A stretch of 64,000 nt of DNA from an uncultured Gammaproteobacteria bacterium (GCA_964405655.1 CAYOOO010000003.1:11758-75757); one strand, 5' to 3'; shown: positions 39,339 to 49,562, counted from the first letter of the stretch. Notes: a model not told the origin generated them from the sequence alone. Made by a program: numbers and translations.

Positions 39339-39886
39339 ACAGCTATTTCTTATAGAAGTATTCTATCCAAAGTCTCTTAAATAAAGGCAGCGCAAGGTTG
39401 AGAGTAAGAAACCTACTGTCGGAATGACTGCATTAATCCAAGGCTTATCTATACCTACAGAATACATATAGAGACTAATCGCTAAATAGGTAAAAATTGC
39501 CAGTAGTATTCTTCTACTGAGAAATGTCTCCCAAGCTTTTATCAGCCTCAACTTTTTTATTGCGCCTTTCTATAGCTCGAAGTTTTTTCTCTATTTCTTT
39601 TATAGACGTTTTCAGAATAGTTATGTTTAAATTTAACGCAAAATTAACTCAAATTTGACGCAAAAGTTTTTTAGGCTGCTATCTTAAGTGGATTCTCTGG
39701 TCTAGTAATAGGTTTTATAATTGGAATTACTCTGGGAACTGGGATAATTTTTGGCTTAATAGGTTTTAAAATCCTTCTTCTTGGTCTGGCTTCAATTAAC
39801 TCCTGAGGATAAATCGGTTCAGAACGCTGAACTGATATTTCTGATGATAGTTGCCGCTCTACCATTGCTTGCTGGTTAATTTTATC

Positions 39887-40678
39887 TTAACTATTTTCCT
39901 TTGAAGATTGCTCCTCTTTATTATCCTGACCTTCAACTTCTTGTTCCCCTACCTCTTGTCCTTCAGCCCCTTCCCCGCCTTCAGCAACCTCCTCACCCTC
40001 TACTTTCACTTCTTCCTCACCTTCTTCAGCTACTGCGCCTTCTTCTGCAGCGGCTGCTTCAGCAGCTGCAGCAGCCTCAGCTTCTTGTTCCTCTAGAAGC
40101 TGCTTCATCTCTTCTGTAACAGCTGGTGCCAGCTTAACCACTATTTCTTCTAGATCAGCCAAAACTGTTAGCTTTTCCCGATCATAACTTAACTGACCGA
40201 TTGTAATGGCATCGTTAATTTTTTGAAGTGGAGTGACATCTACTTCAATATTTTCTACTAAATCAGTTGGTAAAGCTTCCACTTCAACCTCGTTGATGGT
40301 TTGCAGAACCACTGCTTCACCCATATGAACTAACTCCGACTCCTCTCCTTTTAGAACTATTGGAATGGGAACTGTAACTTTTTCTTTTAAATTAACCTGG
40401 TAGAAATCAATATGTAAAACTCCACCTTTAACAGGATCGTATTGAATATCTCGGATTAAAACTGGTCTAATTTTTTCCTGGCCAATCTTTAAATCAATTA
40501 AACCAGTTTCTCCAGCCTGATGTAGGACTGGTAAAAAATCAGCTAGTTTGACTGAAACATGTTCAGTCTCTTGTTTTTTACCATAAACATGGCCTGGGAT
40601 AATCCCTTCTCTTCTTAACTTTTTAACCTTTTTTCCTAAGATGTCTCTCTCTTGAGCATTAAGTGCTAAACGATCCAT
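39887..40678 (-). CDS. rplY: Ribosomal protein bL25 (Ctc form) with acidic Ala/Glu-rich C-terminal tail
   Basis: MDRLALNAQERDILGKKVKKLRREGIIPGHVYGK... L25 N-domain + Ctc C-domain, then a (E/A/G)-rich tail. Start placed at Met9 of the ORF. Confidence 0.75.
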   Translation of the reverse strand: MDRLALNAQERDILGKKVKKLRREGIIPGHVYGKKQETEHVSVKLADFLPVLHQAGETGLIDLKIGQEKIRPVLIRDIQYDPVKGGVLHIDFYQVNLKEKVTVPIPIVLKGEESELVHMGEAVVLQTINEVEVEALPTDLVENIEVDVTPLQKINDAITIGQLSYDREKLTVLADLEEIVVKLAPAVTEEMKQLLEEQEAEAAAAAEAAAAEEGAVAEEGEEEVKVEGEEVAEGGEGAEGQEVGEQEVEGQDNKEEQSSKENS

Positions 40679-40767
40679 AGTAAAGTGTAAGTATATAGAC
40701 AAACTAAGGCTTTTTCAAGCCTCAGGCAACGTGCAAATTGGGCCGGACATATCCCAAAAAATTGATC

Positions 40768-43722
40768 CTAGTTAATTTGTTTAAATTTAACTAAGAAAGA
40801 TCTATCTTTTGATAAATCTGTTGAGATGTGAATCTCTTGAGGTCGAAAAGAACTTGAGTTTTTTTGGGCAGACTCTACAGTAATATTAATTGGGAAGGTT
40901 AAAGTCCACTCAAATGGATCCTTCTCTGTTCCTGGTTGTTTAATTACATCCAACCTATAGAGATTTTCCTTATTCATAAATTGTGTTGGTTTATCTAAGT
41001 TATAATCTAATACTAAGTTTTTTTGTTCTTTTGGTTGAAGGGTAATTAAAACTGAAAAGCCAGTCCGGCCAAAGTCTGAAAAACTGGACATTTGGGTAGT
41101 AATATCATTTTCTCCAAAAACAGCCTTTTGAATTTTTGCTCCTAGGGGTAGATAGATCTTAAACCTATTTTTATAAGGACCAGCTGGAAAAGCTTCTGAA
41201 GGGCTATTGTTTTTGTAGCTTATTGTTAGTTTATGGCTGATTTGACCTTCTTTACCAACCGTAGTCTCAAGCGAGTATTTCCTTTCAAGATAATAGTTAG
41301 ATTTGTTGGCACCCATATTTGACTCATTAGTTGACAGAAAGTCTGAGGTCTGCCCCTGACTAGCAGCTACTGCCCGGGGCATTACCCCTGCCCAGTTTTG
41401 AGCGATAGCATAGGAAAAGAGCTCCTGATCTGATAGATAAATTAACAGGTGTTTTTGTTCTAAAGAATCAGACAGAGATTGGATGATGCTTGGCCAGTTC
41501 TGCTTTGATAGATAAAACACCTTATTAAAAAGCTGGGTTTGTAGGGCTATTAAGAAGCTGCGTTTAGCCTGTGATCCAGGGAAAAAATTGACTTCAGCAT
41601 AGCTAATGACCTTTTGAAATAAATTATCGGCGTTAATTTTTTCTCCGTAATCAGATAGATCCAAACCACCCACTGCACTGATAAGCTTTGACGAGGCTGT
41701 CAAATCCATGGCGATAACCCCGTTAACTATCTCACCTGATGATTCTTTTTTATATAAAAATTCAGCTAACCTGGCTGAGGTGGGAAAATCTGGGTCAAAG
41801 TTAGCATCTCTTAAAAAGAGTCTGTTATGACCCATATCACTCTTAAACTCGGGTGGTGGCTCTATAACATCTTTGAGTTGACCATCAAGATTATAGATAT
41901 CATCAACCTTAATATTTACTATCCTGCCATTTTGAAAGTCGAGTCTGCCATAAGAACCAATAAAACCGCCGGTTGCTCGAAGCTCTAAGTTGTTTTGAAG
42001 TAAAACCAAATAGCTTTTTTTACCATCAACTGCTGTAATTTGGGGTATTAAATAGCTTGCTGCTGTCGCCTTTTCTACCAAATTAGAGTAGAAATCGAGT
42101 TTGGTTGACAAGTCTCTCACTCTTTTGTCTAAACCAAACGGCAAAGACTTTAAAAGACTACTATCTTCTAGACTAGCTTTGACTTTGGCTATTTTGAGAG
42201 AGGCTATTCCCAGTTCAGTCTGAGCTTTTTGATATAACGGTTTAGGATCTTCTGCTACCTCGCCTGAGATGATTTTAGAGGCTTGATAGAGTGACTGGGT
42301 ACCTCGCGTAGCATGATCAACTCCTCTAATCCCCTCCTCAGCTATAGCCAATATATTTTCCATTCCCTCAATCTCCTGGTTAAATAGCTTTAGACGCTTG
42401 AGTATAGCTAAAGAATTTGTTATCTCTTTTAGCTCGCCAAGCGATTTAAGAGCTGCCTGAATCTTTTGCTCTGCCCCTTTAAAGTTACCATGGCTAATAT
42501 CTAAAGCTGATGCCTTAAGGTTATTTCTGATATTTAAGGCCCCAAATCCAAGTTGAAAAATTGGAAAAATTAATCCATAGAAAATCAGAGCTAAAACTAC
42601 AAAGTAGGCTAAACTACTTTTAAGCCGAGTCAGAATCCTTTTGACTCTCCCCTGTCTTATGTCTTTTTTTTGTGTAAATCTTTTATCTGAACTGGCAGCT
42701 TTAGCCTCTTCATCTGTTTCTTCAGATTGTGACTGCTCTAAAACTTCACCCGGTTGATTAAAAGTCCATTTTTTAACATTTTTTTGCCAAATATCTTCCT
42801 CAATTTCTGGAACATGAATATTATTATCCTTAAAATAGGCAATAGTTCTTTTGAGTGATTGGATTAGACTAACTGAGGGTATCCAAGATAACTCCTTAAT
42901 AGTTCTTAAAAGATTAGGCGTTGACCAAGGCGGCAGTTCAGTTGGTTTAAATCCCTTCAGCTCATACCAAACTGGGTCTAGTAAAATCTGTTTAATCTCT
43001 GCAACTTTGATAGGCTGAGGGTTTGTACCATCATAGATCTTATGAGCAGTCGATCCTGAAAAAATAGACTTAACTACCAACTTAGCTGCATCCTCTATAT
43101 ATAGGGCCCGACTGCCAAAATCCAAAGAGGTTGTTTCATCATGCAAACTACCAAGCAGTGAGGCTTGAATAAGCCTGATGACTGGATCGTTTATTCTAAA
43201 ATGCATTCTTGGTCCAAATAGGCAGGCTAATCTGACTATCCGGGAGTTTAACTTATGATATTTTGAATATTTAGCAAAATAGATCTCTGCTGTTTTAAGC
43301 GCCTTGAGATCAGCAGAAACTTTATTATCATAAAGCAGGATTGAGGAAGTCAAAACAACTTTCGGTTTGAAATCTTTGATAAACTTTAAAAAATTAGCAA
43401 GTCCTGTTGTAAATAAAGGATGTGGGTTTTGGTTATCAGCTGCAAAAATTGCATAATCTAACCTTGGCAGCTCAATTGATATTCTTTCAGTAATTGATCT
43501 GTTGACAAGGTGGAATCTTTTATCCCTGATAACTTTTTCTAAGTTAATTTTTTGGCCAGTTGAAAAGTCATCTATACCAATTACTTGAATTCCACTCTCA
43601 ATTAAAATCTCAGCTATATAAGAACCTAGAAAACCGGCAACCCCCACAACTAAAGCAATCGGAGTGTTTCGCGAAACTAAAATTCTATTGTTCTCAATGC
43701 TATTTACGTTTATTTCCCCCAT
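40768..43722 (-). CDS. Fusion protein: N-terminal NAD-dependent epimerase/dehydratase-like Rossmann domain + TM segment + C-terminal DUF4012 domain
   Basis: VVGVAGFLGSYIAE (GxxGxxG) at the N-terminus; TM helix FVVLALIFYGLIFPIFQLGFGAL; C-terminal ...YLVLLQNNLELRATGGFIGSYGRLDF... typical of DUF4012. Confidence 0.55.
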   Translation of the reverse strand: MGEINVNSIENNRILVSRNTPIALVVGVAGFLGSYIAEILIESGIQVIGIDDFSTGQKINLEKVIRDKRFHLVNRSITERISIELPRLDYAIFAADNQNPHPLFTTGLANFLKFIKDFKPKVVLTSSILLYDNKVSADLKALKTAEIYFAKYSKYHKLNSRIVRLACLFGPRMHFRINDPVIRLIQASLLGSLHDETTSLDFGSRALYIEDAAKLVVKSIFSGSTAHKIYDGTNPQPIKVAEIKQILLDPVWYELKGFKPTELPPWSTPNLLRTIKELSWIPSVSLIQSLKRTIAYFKDNNIHVPEIEEDIWQKNVKKWTFNQPGEVLEQSQSEETDEEAKAASSDKRFTQKKDIRQGRVKRILTRLKSSLAYFVVLALIFYGLIFPIFQLGFGALNIRNNLKASALDISHGNFKGAEQKIQAALKSLGELKEITNSLAILKRLKLFNQEIEGMENILAIAEEGIRGVDHATRGTQSLYQASKIISGEVAEDPKPLYQKAQTELGIASLKIAKVKASLEDSSLLKSLPFGLDKRVRDLSTKLDFYSNLVEKATAASYLIPQITAVDGKKSYLVLLQNNLELRATGGFIGSYGRLDFQNGRIVNIKVDDIYNLDGQLKDVIEPPPEFKSDMGHNRLFLRDANFDPDFPTSARLAEFLYKKESSGEIVNGVIAMDLTASSKLISAVGGLDLSDYGEKINADNLFQKVISYAEVNFFPGSQAKRSFLIALQTQLFNKVFYLSKQNWPSIIQSLSDSLEQKHLLIYLSDQELFSYAIAQNWAGVMPRAVAASQGQTSDFLSTNESNMGANKSNYYLERKYSLETTVGKEGQISHKLTISYKNNSPSEAFPAGPYKNRFKIYLPLGAKIQKAVFGENDITTQMSSFSDFGRTGFSVLITLQPKEQKNLVLDYNLDKPTQFMNKENLYRLDVIKQPGTEKDPFEWTLTFPINITVESAQKNSSSFRPQEIHISTDLSKDRSFLVKFKQIN

Positions 43723-43799
43723 GGGTAAATGTTAGTCTTCAGACTTAAGAAACTCAATATATTTTTAAGGTATCTTAATATTGCTTTTTTGAATAAGTT

Positions 43800-44312
43800 T
43801 CAGTAGTTTTTAAAATAGGACCTTACTAAGGCAATTATAATACCTATAAACACGCCAGTAATAAACCCGATTAATAATCCAAGATAAACATTAGCATTTT
43901 CTTCTGAGTAATAATCATTCCCTATTTTTGAAACCTTATAATTTTCAACCAGGTACTTACTAGCCTGTCCATTTAAATATTTGGCTGAATCTAAATCAGC
44001 TCCTTTTGTCTCAATTTGAATAGCTAAGGGCCCTGGTTTAAAGATGGTTGTTTCGCCCTTCTTTTTTTGACTATTAATCTCAGGAGATAAGTTTTGTGAT
44101 CTGAGAATTGTTACTGCTTGATCAGTCAGGCTAATTTTCTCAGAGACACTACTTTCTTGATAGTTCATTTGCCAGAGCGAAGAGACTTTCTTATTTACTT
44201 GCTTACTAGATTGGTAAAATAATCCTGCAGCTGAAAAAAGCAAGACAGCTACAAAAATTATTAGAAAATTTTTTCGGAAAAAATTCAGATAAAGTCTAGA
44301 TTCTTTCATCAA
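43800..44312 (-). CDS. Wzz-like (polysaccharide co-polymerase-like) bitopic membrane protein
   Basis: N- and C-terminal TM helices flanking a hydrophilic loop, located in an envelope polysaccharide cluster. Assignment by topology only. Confidence 0.35.
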   Translation of the reverse strand: MMKESRLYLNFFRKNFLIIFVAVLLFSAAGLFYQSSKQVNKKVSSLWQMNYQESSVSEKISLTDQAVTILRSQNLSPEINSQKKKGETTIFKPGPLAIQIETKGADLDSAKYLNGQASKYLVENYKVSKIGNDYYSEENANVYLGLLIGFITGVFIGIIIALVRSYFKNY

Positions 44313-44709
44313 GTGCCTTATTAGCCAGTCGATCAGCTAAAAAATTCTTGGACCTTGGTACATGCTTATAAAAAACCATCCCTAGCTCAAACTCTAAGAT
44401 TTTAATTTTTTGGTAGATCTCCTTTAGCTTGAGATTTTTAATTTTGAAGTTTCCCTTTAACTGTTCTGTTATCAGTTTAGAATCAGATAAGACTTGGACC
44501 TGATGAGGAGCTTTATGAACATAATGATCTTTTAAATATTTCAAGGAAAACAAAACTGCAGTGTATTCTGCAATATTATTAGTAGCAAGGCCAATTTTTT
44601 TACTTTCCTGATGTAACATGACACCAGAAACTGACTTGATAATATAACCATACGATGAAGGACCTGGATTACCTCTTGATGCACCGTCTGTATTGATAAC
44701 TACTTCCAT
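44296..44709 (-). CDS. rnhA: Ribonuclease HI
   Basis: INTDGASRGNPGPSSYGYII...E...DS...ADRLAN catalytic DEDD pattern of RNase H type 1. Confidence 0.8.
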   Translation of the reverse strand: MEVVINTDGASRGNPGPSSYGYIIKSVSGVMLHQESKKIGLATNNIAEYTAVLFSLKYLKDHYVHKAPHQVQVLSDSKLITEQLKGNFKIKNLKLKEIYQKIKILEFELGMVFYKHVPRSKNFLADRLANKALDERI

Positions 44710-44713
44710 AAAA

Positions 44714-45967
44714 TTATTTTGATTTGAAGTATTGATAGAGGATAGTTATTTGCAAAGCTAAAATCAAGTATTCTGAAATGCCAGTAACAGCAGCTGCTCC
44801 AAGATAAGAAAACCGAGGGATTAAGTAAAGATTAAAAATAAAATTAGTTAAAAGCCCAATCAGATAAATTAACAAGATGGTTTTATATTTCTTAAGAGCT
44901 ACCATTGCCCACATTAAAACCGCTGAGACAAAATAGGCAGGAAATGATAAAGAAAGGATTTGGAGGGATTTAAATGAGCCAATAAATCCTTTCCCGCCAG
45001 TTACTAATTCTATGAAAAACCCTCCATAAAAATAGGTGAGGCCTAAACCCAAAACTGAAATTAACAACATAATTAAACAAGTTTTAATAAGATTGCTTTT
45101 AAAGCGCTCTTTATTACTACTTAATAAAACATTATTACTTAAGTTTTGAACCATCAATGGAAAGTAACTGTTCATTATAAAGGTTGGTAAAACCAGTCCA
45201 GACTGAAAAAACTGATACGCTAAATTATAAATTCCCACTTCTTTAAAGGAGTAGACTTGGGAGAGTATAAAAGCATCTAAACGAAAATACAAAACATTTA
45301 AAACTAAGGTTGTAGAAATCGGCCAAGCACCAGTCAATACATTTCTAATAAATTTAAAATCAAAGATTGGCTTGATGTCCTTAATAAATTTTTTAACAAA
45401 GATTAAAGCAAAGATTGAGGTTACTATCCAACCAGCAATATACGCCCAAATCAAGTTCGATAGCAGACCACCCAGTCTAACTTGTAAAAAAATTAATCCC
45501 AAAGTCACCAAAGCACCCGTTGACCAAGCAATAACGGACAAGTCGTAGCGTAGTCTAATTTGAAAAATAGCATTACAGGTGATAAAAATGGCTGGCTCTA
45601 ATATTGCCATCAAAGAACCAAATATAATGATCTGTTTGAAGATAGGCGGAAAAGGCCCTATTAAAGCTATAGCAAGAGCAATAATTATCAAAGGAGCTGC
45701 TAGGATTAATCTCAAACCAAATAATTTTCGCCAGTCAGCCAACAAGCCATCTTTAAGCAATGAGGGAATAAGATAAGCATTTAGACTAAAATCTACTGCA
45801 ATAGTAAAAAAAGCCAGATAAGTTAGAGCTAAGGTAAAGATACCTGTACCTGTTTCTCCAAATTGGCGGCTAATTAGAGCCAAAATCAAAATCGTTGAAA
45901 GAGCAGTTATAAACTTTCCCAAAAGTTGCCAAAATGTCTGTCTAAAAACCCTTAAAACAGTTTCCAC
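44714..45967 (-). CDS. Polysaccharide/oligosaccharide flippase (Wzx, MOP superfamily)
   Basis: About 12 TM helices, size and N-terminal pattern of Wzx-type flippases. Confidence 0.6.
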   Translation of the reverse strand: METVLRVFRQTFWQLLGKFITALSTILILALISRQFGETGTGIFTLALTYLAFFTIAVDFSLNAYLIPSLLKDGLLADWRKLFGLRLILAAPLIIIALAIALIGPFPPIFKQIIIFGSLMAILEPAIFITCNAIFQIRLRYDLSVIAWSTGALVTLGLIFLQVRLGGLLSNLIWAYIAGWIVTSIFALIFVKKFIKDIKPIFDFKFIRNVLTGAWPISTTLVLNVLYFRLDAFILSQVYSFKEVGIYNLAYQFFQSGLVLPTFIMNSYFPLMVQNLSNNVLLSSNKERFKSNLIKTCLIMLLISVLGLGLTYFYGGFFIELVTGGKGFIGSFKSLQILSLSFPAYFVSAVLMWAMVALKKYKTILLIYLIGLLTNFIFNLYLIPRFSYLGAAAVTGISEYLILALQITILYQYFKSK

Positions 45968-47352
45968 CAGATTATTTTAGACTGATTATTATACCCAGAC
46001 AAGTTTAAAGACAAGGTTTGATTCAAACTAATACCCCAAATTAAAAATAGCAGTCTCTGACCTTGGGCCAAAGTTAAAAAGTAGTGATCAAAACTGCCAA
46101 AAATGAATATAGCTATCCATATAAACAGGAGCCCTTTGAAAAAAGGATTCTGCCTCTTTTTAAAAATTATTAAAATAGGTGTCAATACAAACAATAAAAA
46201 ACCTAAAGCGCCAATTAAGCCTGTTTCTGCTAAAGAAAGTAAAAAGATATTATGAGCTGGCTGCAAAAACCTACTTGGTCCGGGAATCAAATTTGACAGT
46301 GCTAGGTTGTTAATAAAGTTATTAAGCCCAACACCAAAAAAAGGGGAATTAGTAAAAAAGCTCCAAGCGTATTCAAAAAGCTCTTGTCTTCTAATTATCG
46401 ACAAATTATCAAAATTAAAAGCGCTGCTAAATCTTATTAGAAGAAATGGGGCAGCAACAAAAAAAATTATTAATAAAAACCTAAGATATCTTTTTAAAAA
46501 AAATATTGTTGTTAAGATGAGCATGGATATAGCCACTCTGGAAAAGCTTAAAAGTATAGCTATAGATCCTAAAACTAATGAGAATTTATATTTGACCATA
46601 TGAGAGCTCAAAAGACTTAAACGATGCCTTAACAAAAAAGTTACTAAAAGCAAACCTAATACTAAATAGGAAGCGAGCAGATTAGGATGGGGAAAAGTGG
46701 CGTAAGGTCTCAAAAAGATCTCTCCATACCAATTAAATTTAGCAATTGATAGGGTAGACAGACTAAAAGTTCTTTCGCCTAAAATCCAAAGCCCTATAGA
46801 ACCACCTTTAATAAACTGAGCGATAGCAATAAGGCTTTCAATAATAATAGTGACGCTTAAACAATTGATGATTAAATTTTTAAATTTTGTCAGGTTAATG
46901 CTAGATAGATAAACACCAAATGCGCCCATTAAAACAAGCTGCTCAAATCTGAAAAGACCGGCTCCTAGGTTAACTGCACCTAAAAGAGAGGGTAATTGAC
47001 TAAGCAAAAAGCCTAGTAATAAAGTTAGGCTTAAACTATTAATTCGAGGTTTATCTCGATAAAACCCCGACTGTGAAGCCGAGGGTTTCCCAACATCGGA
47101 CAAAGTCCGATCGAGAGAAGATACCCCGACCGCTAGGTCCTGGATAGATTCATTTAAAAACCAGCTTATGATTAAACCAATTAGTAAAATATCCCACAAA
47201 TAGACTGTCGGGGCGAGATAGTCAATTTTTAAAGAGAAGATATAGGCAAAATCTGGCCAAAAGTGTTTACCTAGCTGAGTGGGTAAAAAAAGAAGGATAA
47301 GTATAAAAAAATATTTCTCAAAAGAACTAGAAACCTGCCTAAACTTTTTCAC
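45952..47352 (-). CDS. O-antigen ligase/polymerase-like (Wzy/WaaL family) polytopic membrane protein
   Basis: 10-12 TM helices with a larger periplasmic loop. Cluster context. Confidence 0.45.
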   Translation of the reverse strand: MKKFRQVSSSFEKYFFILILLFLPTQLGKHFWPDFAYIFSLKIDYLAPTVYLWDILLIGLIISWFLNESIQDLAVGVSSLDRTLSDVGKPSASQSGFYRDKPRINSLSLTLLLGFLLSQLPSLLGAVNLGAGLFRFEQLVLMGAFGVYLSSINLTKFKNLIINCLSVTIIIESLIAIAQFIKGGSIGLWILGERTFSLSTLSIAKFNWYGEIFLRPYATFPHPNLLASYLVLGLLLVTFLLRHRLSLLSSHMVKYKFSLVLGSIAILLSFSRVAISMLILTTIFFLKRYLRFLLIIFFVAAPFLLIRFSSAFNFDNLSIIRRQELFEYAWSFFTNSPFFGVGLNNFINNLALSNLIPGPSRFLQPAHNIFLLSLAETGLIGALGFLLFVLTPILIIFKKRQNPFFKGLLFIWIAIFIFGSFDHYFLTLAQGQRLLFLIWGISLNQTLSLNLSGYNNQSKIIWWKLF

Positions 47353-47367
47353 TTAAAACTTACTTAA

Positions 47368-47811
47368 CTACTTCTCAGGACTAATTACTAGATGTCTGTC
47401 AGGTCCTTCGCCTGTACTTTCAGAGCTGACGCCAGGAGTTTGCTGGATAGTCACATGAACTATCCGCCTTTGCCAGGCTGGCATAGGTAAGAGCTCTAAA
47501 GGTTGACCCTCTTCCAAAACCTTTTGGGCCCATTCTCTAGCTTTATGGGCAACCTCTTCTTCTTTATTCTTTCTCCAACCTGAAACATCAATAATAATCC
47601 GTTTTCCAAAACCCTCCTGTTTTGAAACTATTAAATTGACTAAAAGCTGCAAGGCTGTCAGAGTCTCACCTTGGTGTCCTATTAATTTACCTGCCTCCTC
47701 TGTGTCAATCGAGACAAAGACACCATCTTCCTTCTCCTCAACCTCAAACGATCCTTCCAGGGCCAGTAGACTTAAGATATTTTCCAGTATTTCCGAAACC
47801 TTAGCTTCCAT
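47368..47811 (-). CDS. khpB: Jag/KhpB RNA-binding protein (KH + R3H domains)
   Basis: KLIGHQGETLTALQLLVNLIV (KH) and LPMPAWQRRIVHVTI (R3H); downstream of yidC. Confidence 0.7.
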   Translation of the reverse strand: MEAKVSEILENILSLLALEGSFEVEEKEDGVFVSIDTEEAGKLIGHQGETLTALQLLVNLIVSKQEGFGKRIIIDVSGWRKNKEEEVAHKAREWAQKVLEEGQPLELLPMPAWQRRIVHVTIQQTPGVSSESTGEGPDRHLVISPEK

Positions 47812-47882
47812 AAGTTAATTTAAGTCGTTAGTATAAATAAATGAGACTTGCGAGTCAATCAGAAAAAGCTTAAGGGAAATTG

Positions 47883-48743
47883 TTACTTCTTACTTTTAAA
47901 TACTAACAGTAAGTCAGCTGCTCCACCCAATCCCGAGATTAGATATTGCTGCCAAATCCCAAACAAAGTAAAGGTATTCCAGTAAAGAGCTAGTCCAATC
48001 GGAAATGAGAAGGCAAAATAACCAATCATCAGGGGCATAAGGTACATCATCTGCCCTTGAACAGCTACCATTGCATCCTCGGTTGATGCTTTTTCTTTTT
48101 TCTCCTTTGGAGAATCTGAAGGATATTTTTTAACTGGCTTAGGATACATCATTTTTGATTGAATAAATTGCAGAAGTGCAGTTAAAATTGGGACTAGAAT
48201 GACAACTACAGCCTCCAGGGATGGGGAGCTAAATAATTTAGTTAGATAACTGGCTGGTTTATCTGCCAGATTTAAACCTAGAAAATAGAGATCAGGTGAA
48301 GAATTTAAACCCCACGAAGGGATATAAAGAGCTTGGTTAATTTTTGACAAACCACCTGCTTCTCCAACCACCGCTAAGATTGTCTGGTATAAGGCAATTA
48401 GTATCGGAATTTGGATTAAGGCTGGTAAACAACCAGCTGCTGGATTAATACCTTGTTGCTTGTAAAGCTCCATCTGTGCTTTGGCTAAAGCTTGGCGATC
48501 TTTACCGTGTTTTTCTTTTAAAGCATCCAGATGTGGTTTTAGCTCAGCCATTTTTTTGGCAGATCTTAGCTGAGAACTCATTAATGGCCAGATTAAAAGC
48601 CTGATCACAACTGTCAAAAGAATTATTGATAAACCCAAAGATCCGGGAATACCAACTGAATCTAATATCCGAATAATAAATACCAATAAATTAACAATTG
48701 GTTGAAAAAATAAAAAATTAAAAATATCACCAATTATCTGCAT
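47883..48743 (-). CDS. yidC: Membrane protein insertase YidC (short form)
   Basis: 5 TM core, ...KKMAELKPHLDALKEKHGKDRQALAKAQMELYKQQGINP... YidC/Oxa1 signature. Confidence 0.85.
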   Translation of the reverse strand: MQIIGDIFNFLFFQPIVNLLVFIIRILDSVGIPGSLGLSIILLTVVIRLLIWPLMSSQLRSAKKMAELKPHLDALKEKHGKDRQALAKAQMELYKQQGINPAAGCLPALIQIPILIALYQTILAVVGEAGGLSKINQALYIPSWGLNSSPDLYFLGLNLADKPASYLTKLFSSPSLEAVVVILVPILTALLQFIQSKMMYPKPVKKYPSDSPKEKKEKASTEDAMVAVQGQMMYLMPLMIGYFAFSFPIGLALYWNTFTLFGIWQQYLISGLGGAADLLLVFKSKK

Positions 48744-49003
48744 GATAGTATTCTTTTTGTGCCTAAATAAATGCCTCTTATCAAGCCTTTTTGTTTAACT
48801 GCTTGCTTAGTGTATTCAGAACAAGACAGGTCGTACTTACAAGCACCACCTGGCGCTAAAAACATTAGTATTCCCCTATCAAAGGAAAGAAATTTCTGAT
48901 AAAAATCAATTATCCAAATGAAGCTTCTTAAACCCATGGAGGGCGGAATTTCCTCTTTTAGTATATCGGCTTCTTTTTTAGTCGAAAGAAAGATTTTTGA
49001 CAT
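48734..49003 (-). CDS. yidD: Membrane protein insertion efficiency factor YidD
   Basis: Conserved ...YQKFLS...CKYDLSCSEY...KGL..G family pattern; position between rnpA and yidC. Confidence 0.7.
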   Translation of the reverse strand: MSKIFLSTKKEADILKEEIPPSMGLRSFIWIIDFYQKFLSFDRGILMFLAPGGACKYDLSCSEYTKQAVKQKGLIRGIYLGTKRILSCR

Positions 49004-49310
49004 ATTTTAACTCTTCAACTAACTGGTCTGGCTGGCTGGTTAAACAACTACCTTTAGGCATGATAACTAAATTTAAATTCCTTTTCAAGGAAGAATAGAT
49101 CTGTTCAACTGCTCTTGATGTCAACCGCTTAGCTTTACTTCTTAGAGTAGCCTTTTTAAATACCTGGCTAGAAAGTGCAATTCCAATCCTAGGAACATCG
49201 TTTTCTCCCTGTCTTAAGAAGATCTTAAAATTTTTAGTTTCAAGTTTTTGACCATTAACCACCCATTTAAAGTCTGTTTTAAGATTTAATCTTTGGGATT
49301 TAGGTAGCAT
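48978..49310 (-). CDS. rnpA: RNase P protein component
   Basis: Basic 110-aa protein; position rpmH-rnpA-yidD-yidC. Confidence 0.8.
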   Translation of the reverse strand: MLPKSQRLNLKTDFKWVVNGQKLETKNFKIFLRQGENDVPRIGIALSSQVFKKATLRSKAKRLTSRAVEQIYSSLKRNLNLVIMPKGSCLTSQPDQLVEELKYVKNLSFD

Positions 49311-49341
49311 GGTAAGTTATTGTATGAATTACCAACTAAAA

Positions 49342-49482
49342 CTAAACTGTTAGCCTTTTAACACCCCTATTCCTTCTTCTGCTTAAAACTTTTCGTCCAC
49401 CAGAGGAGGCCATTCTCTGTAAGAAACCATGCTTTTTGACTCTTTTGAGCTTTTTTGGTTGGTAAGTTCTTTTAGTACTCAT
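49342..49482 (-). CDS. rpmH: Ribosomal protein bL34 (not in ORF track; found by manual translation)
   Basis: Reverse-complement translation gives [46 protein letters not shown], canonical L34. Confidence 0.85.
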   Translation of the reverse strand: MSTKRTYQPKKLKRVKKHGFLQRMASSGGRKVLSRRRNRGVKRLTV

Positions 49483-49562
49483 CTTCTAAGTTAATATTCC
49501 AAGTAGTATAACAAAAGTTGATCTATTAATAAACAGTTACTCTCTCTTTACGGGTTGATAAG

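Noticed and set aside
39363-39865. Small - strand ORFs 39363-39551 (TTG start, 62 aa) and 39671-39865 (64 aa, Pro/Ile/Lys repeats)
   Set aside because: No SD or conserved motif. The second is a translation of a repetitive AT-rich spacer. Kept only as context for the noncoding-gap finding.
39901-40119. + strand ORFs (72 and 62 aa, Leu/Pro/Gln-rich) antisense to rplY
   Set aside because: Mirror of the GAA/GCT-rich acidic tail coding region of bL25.
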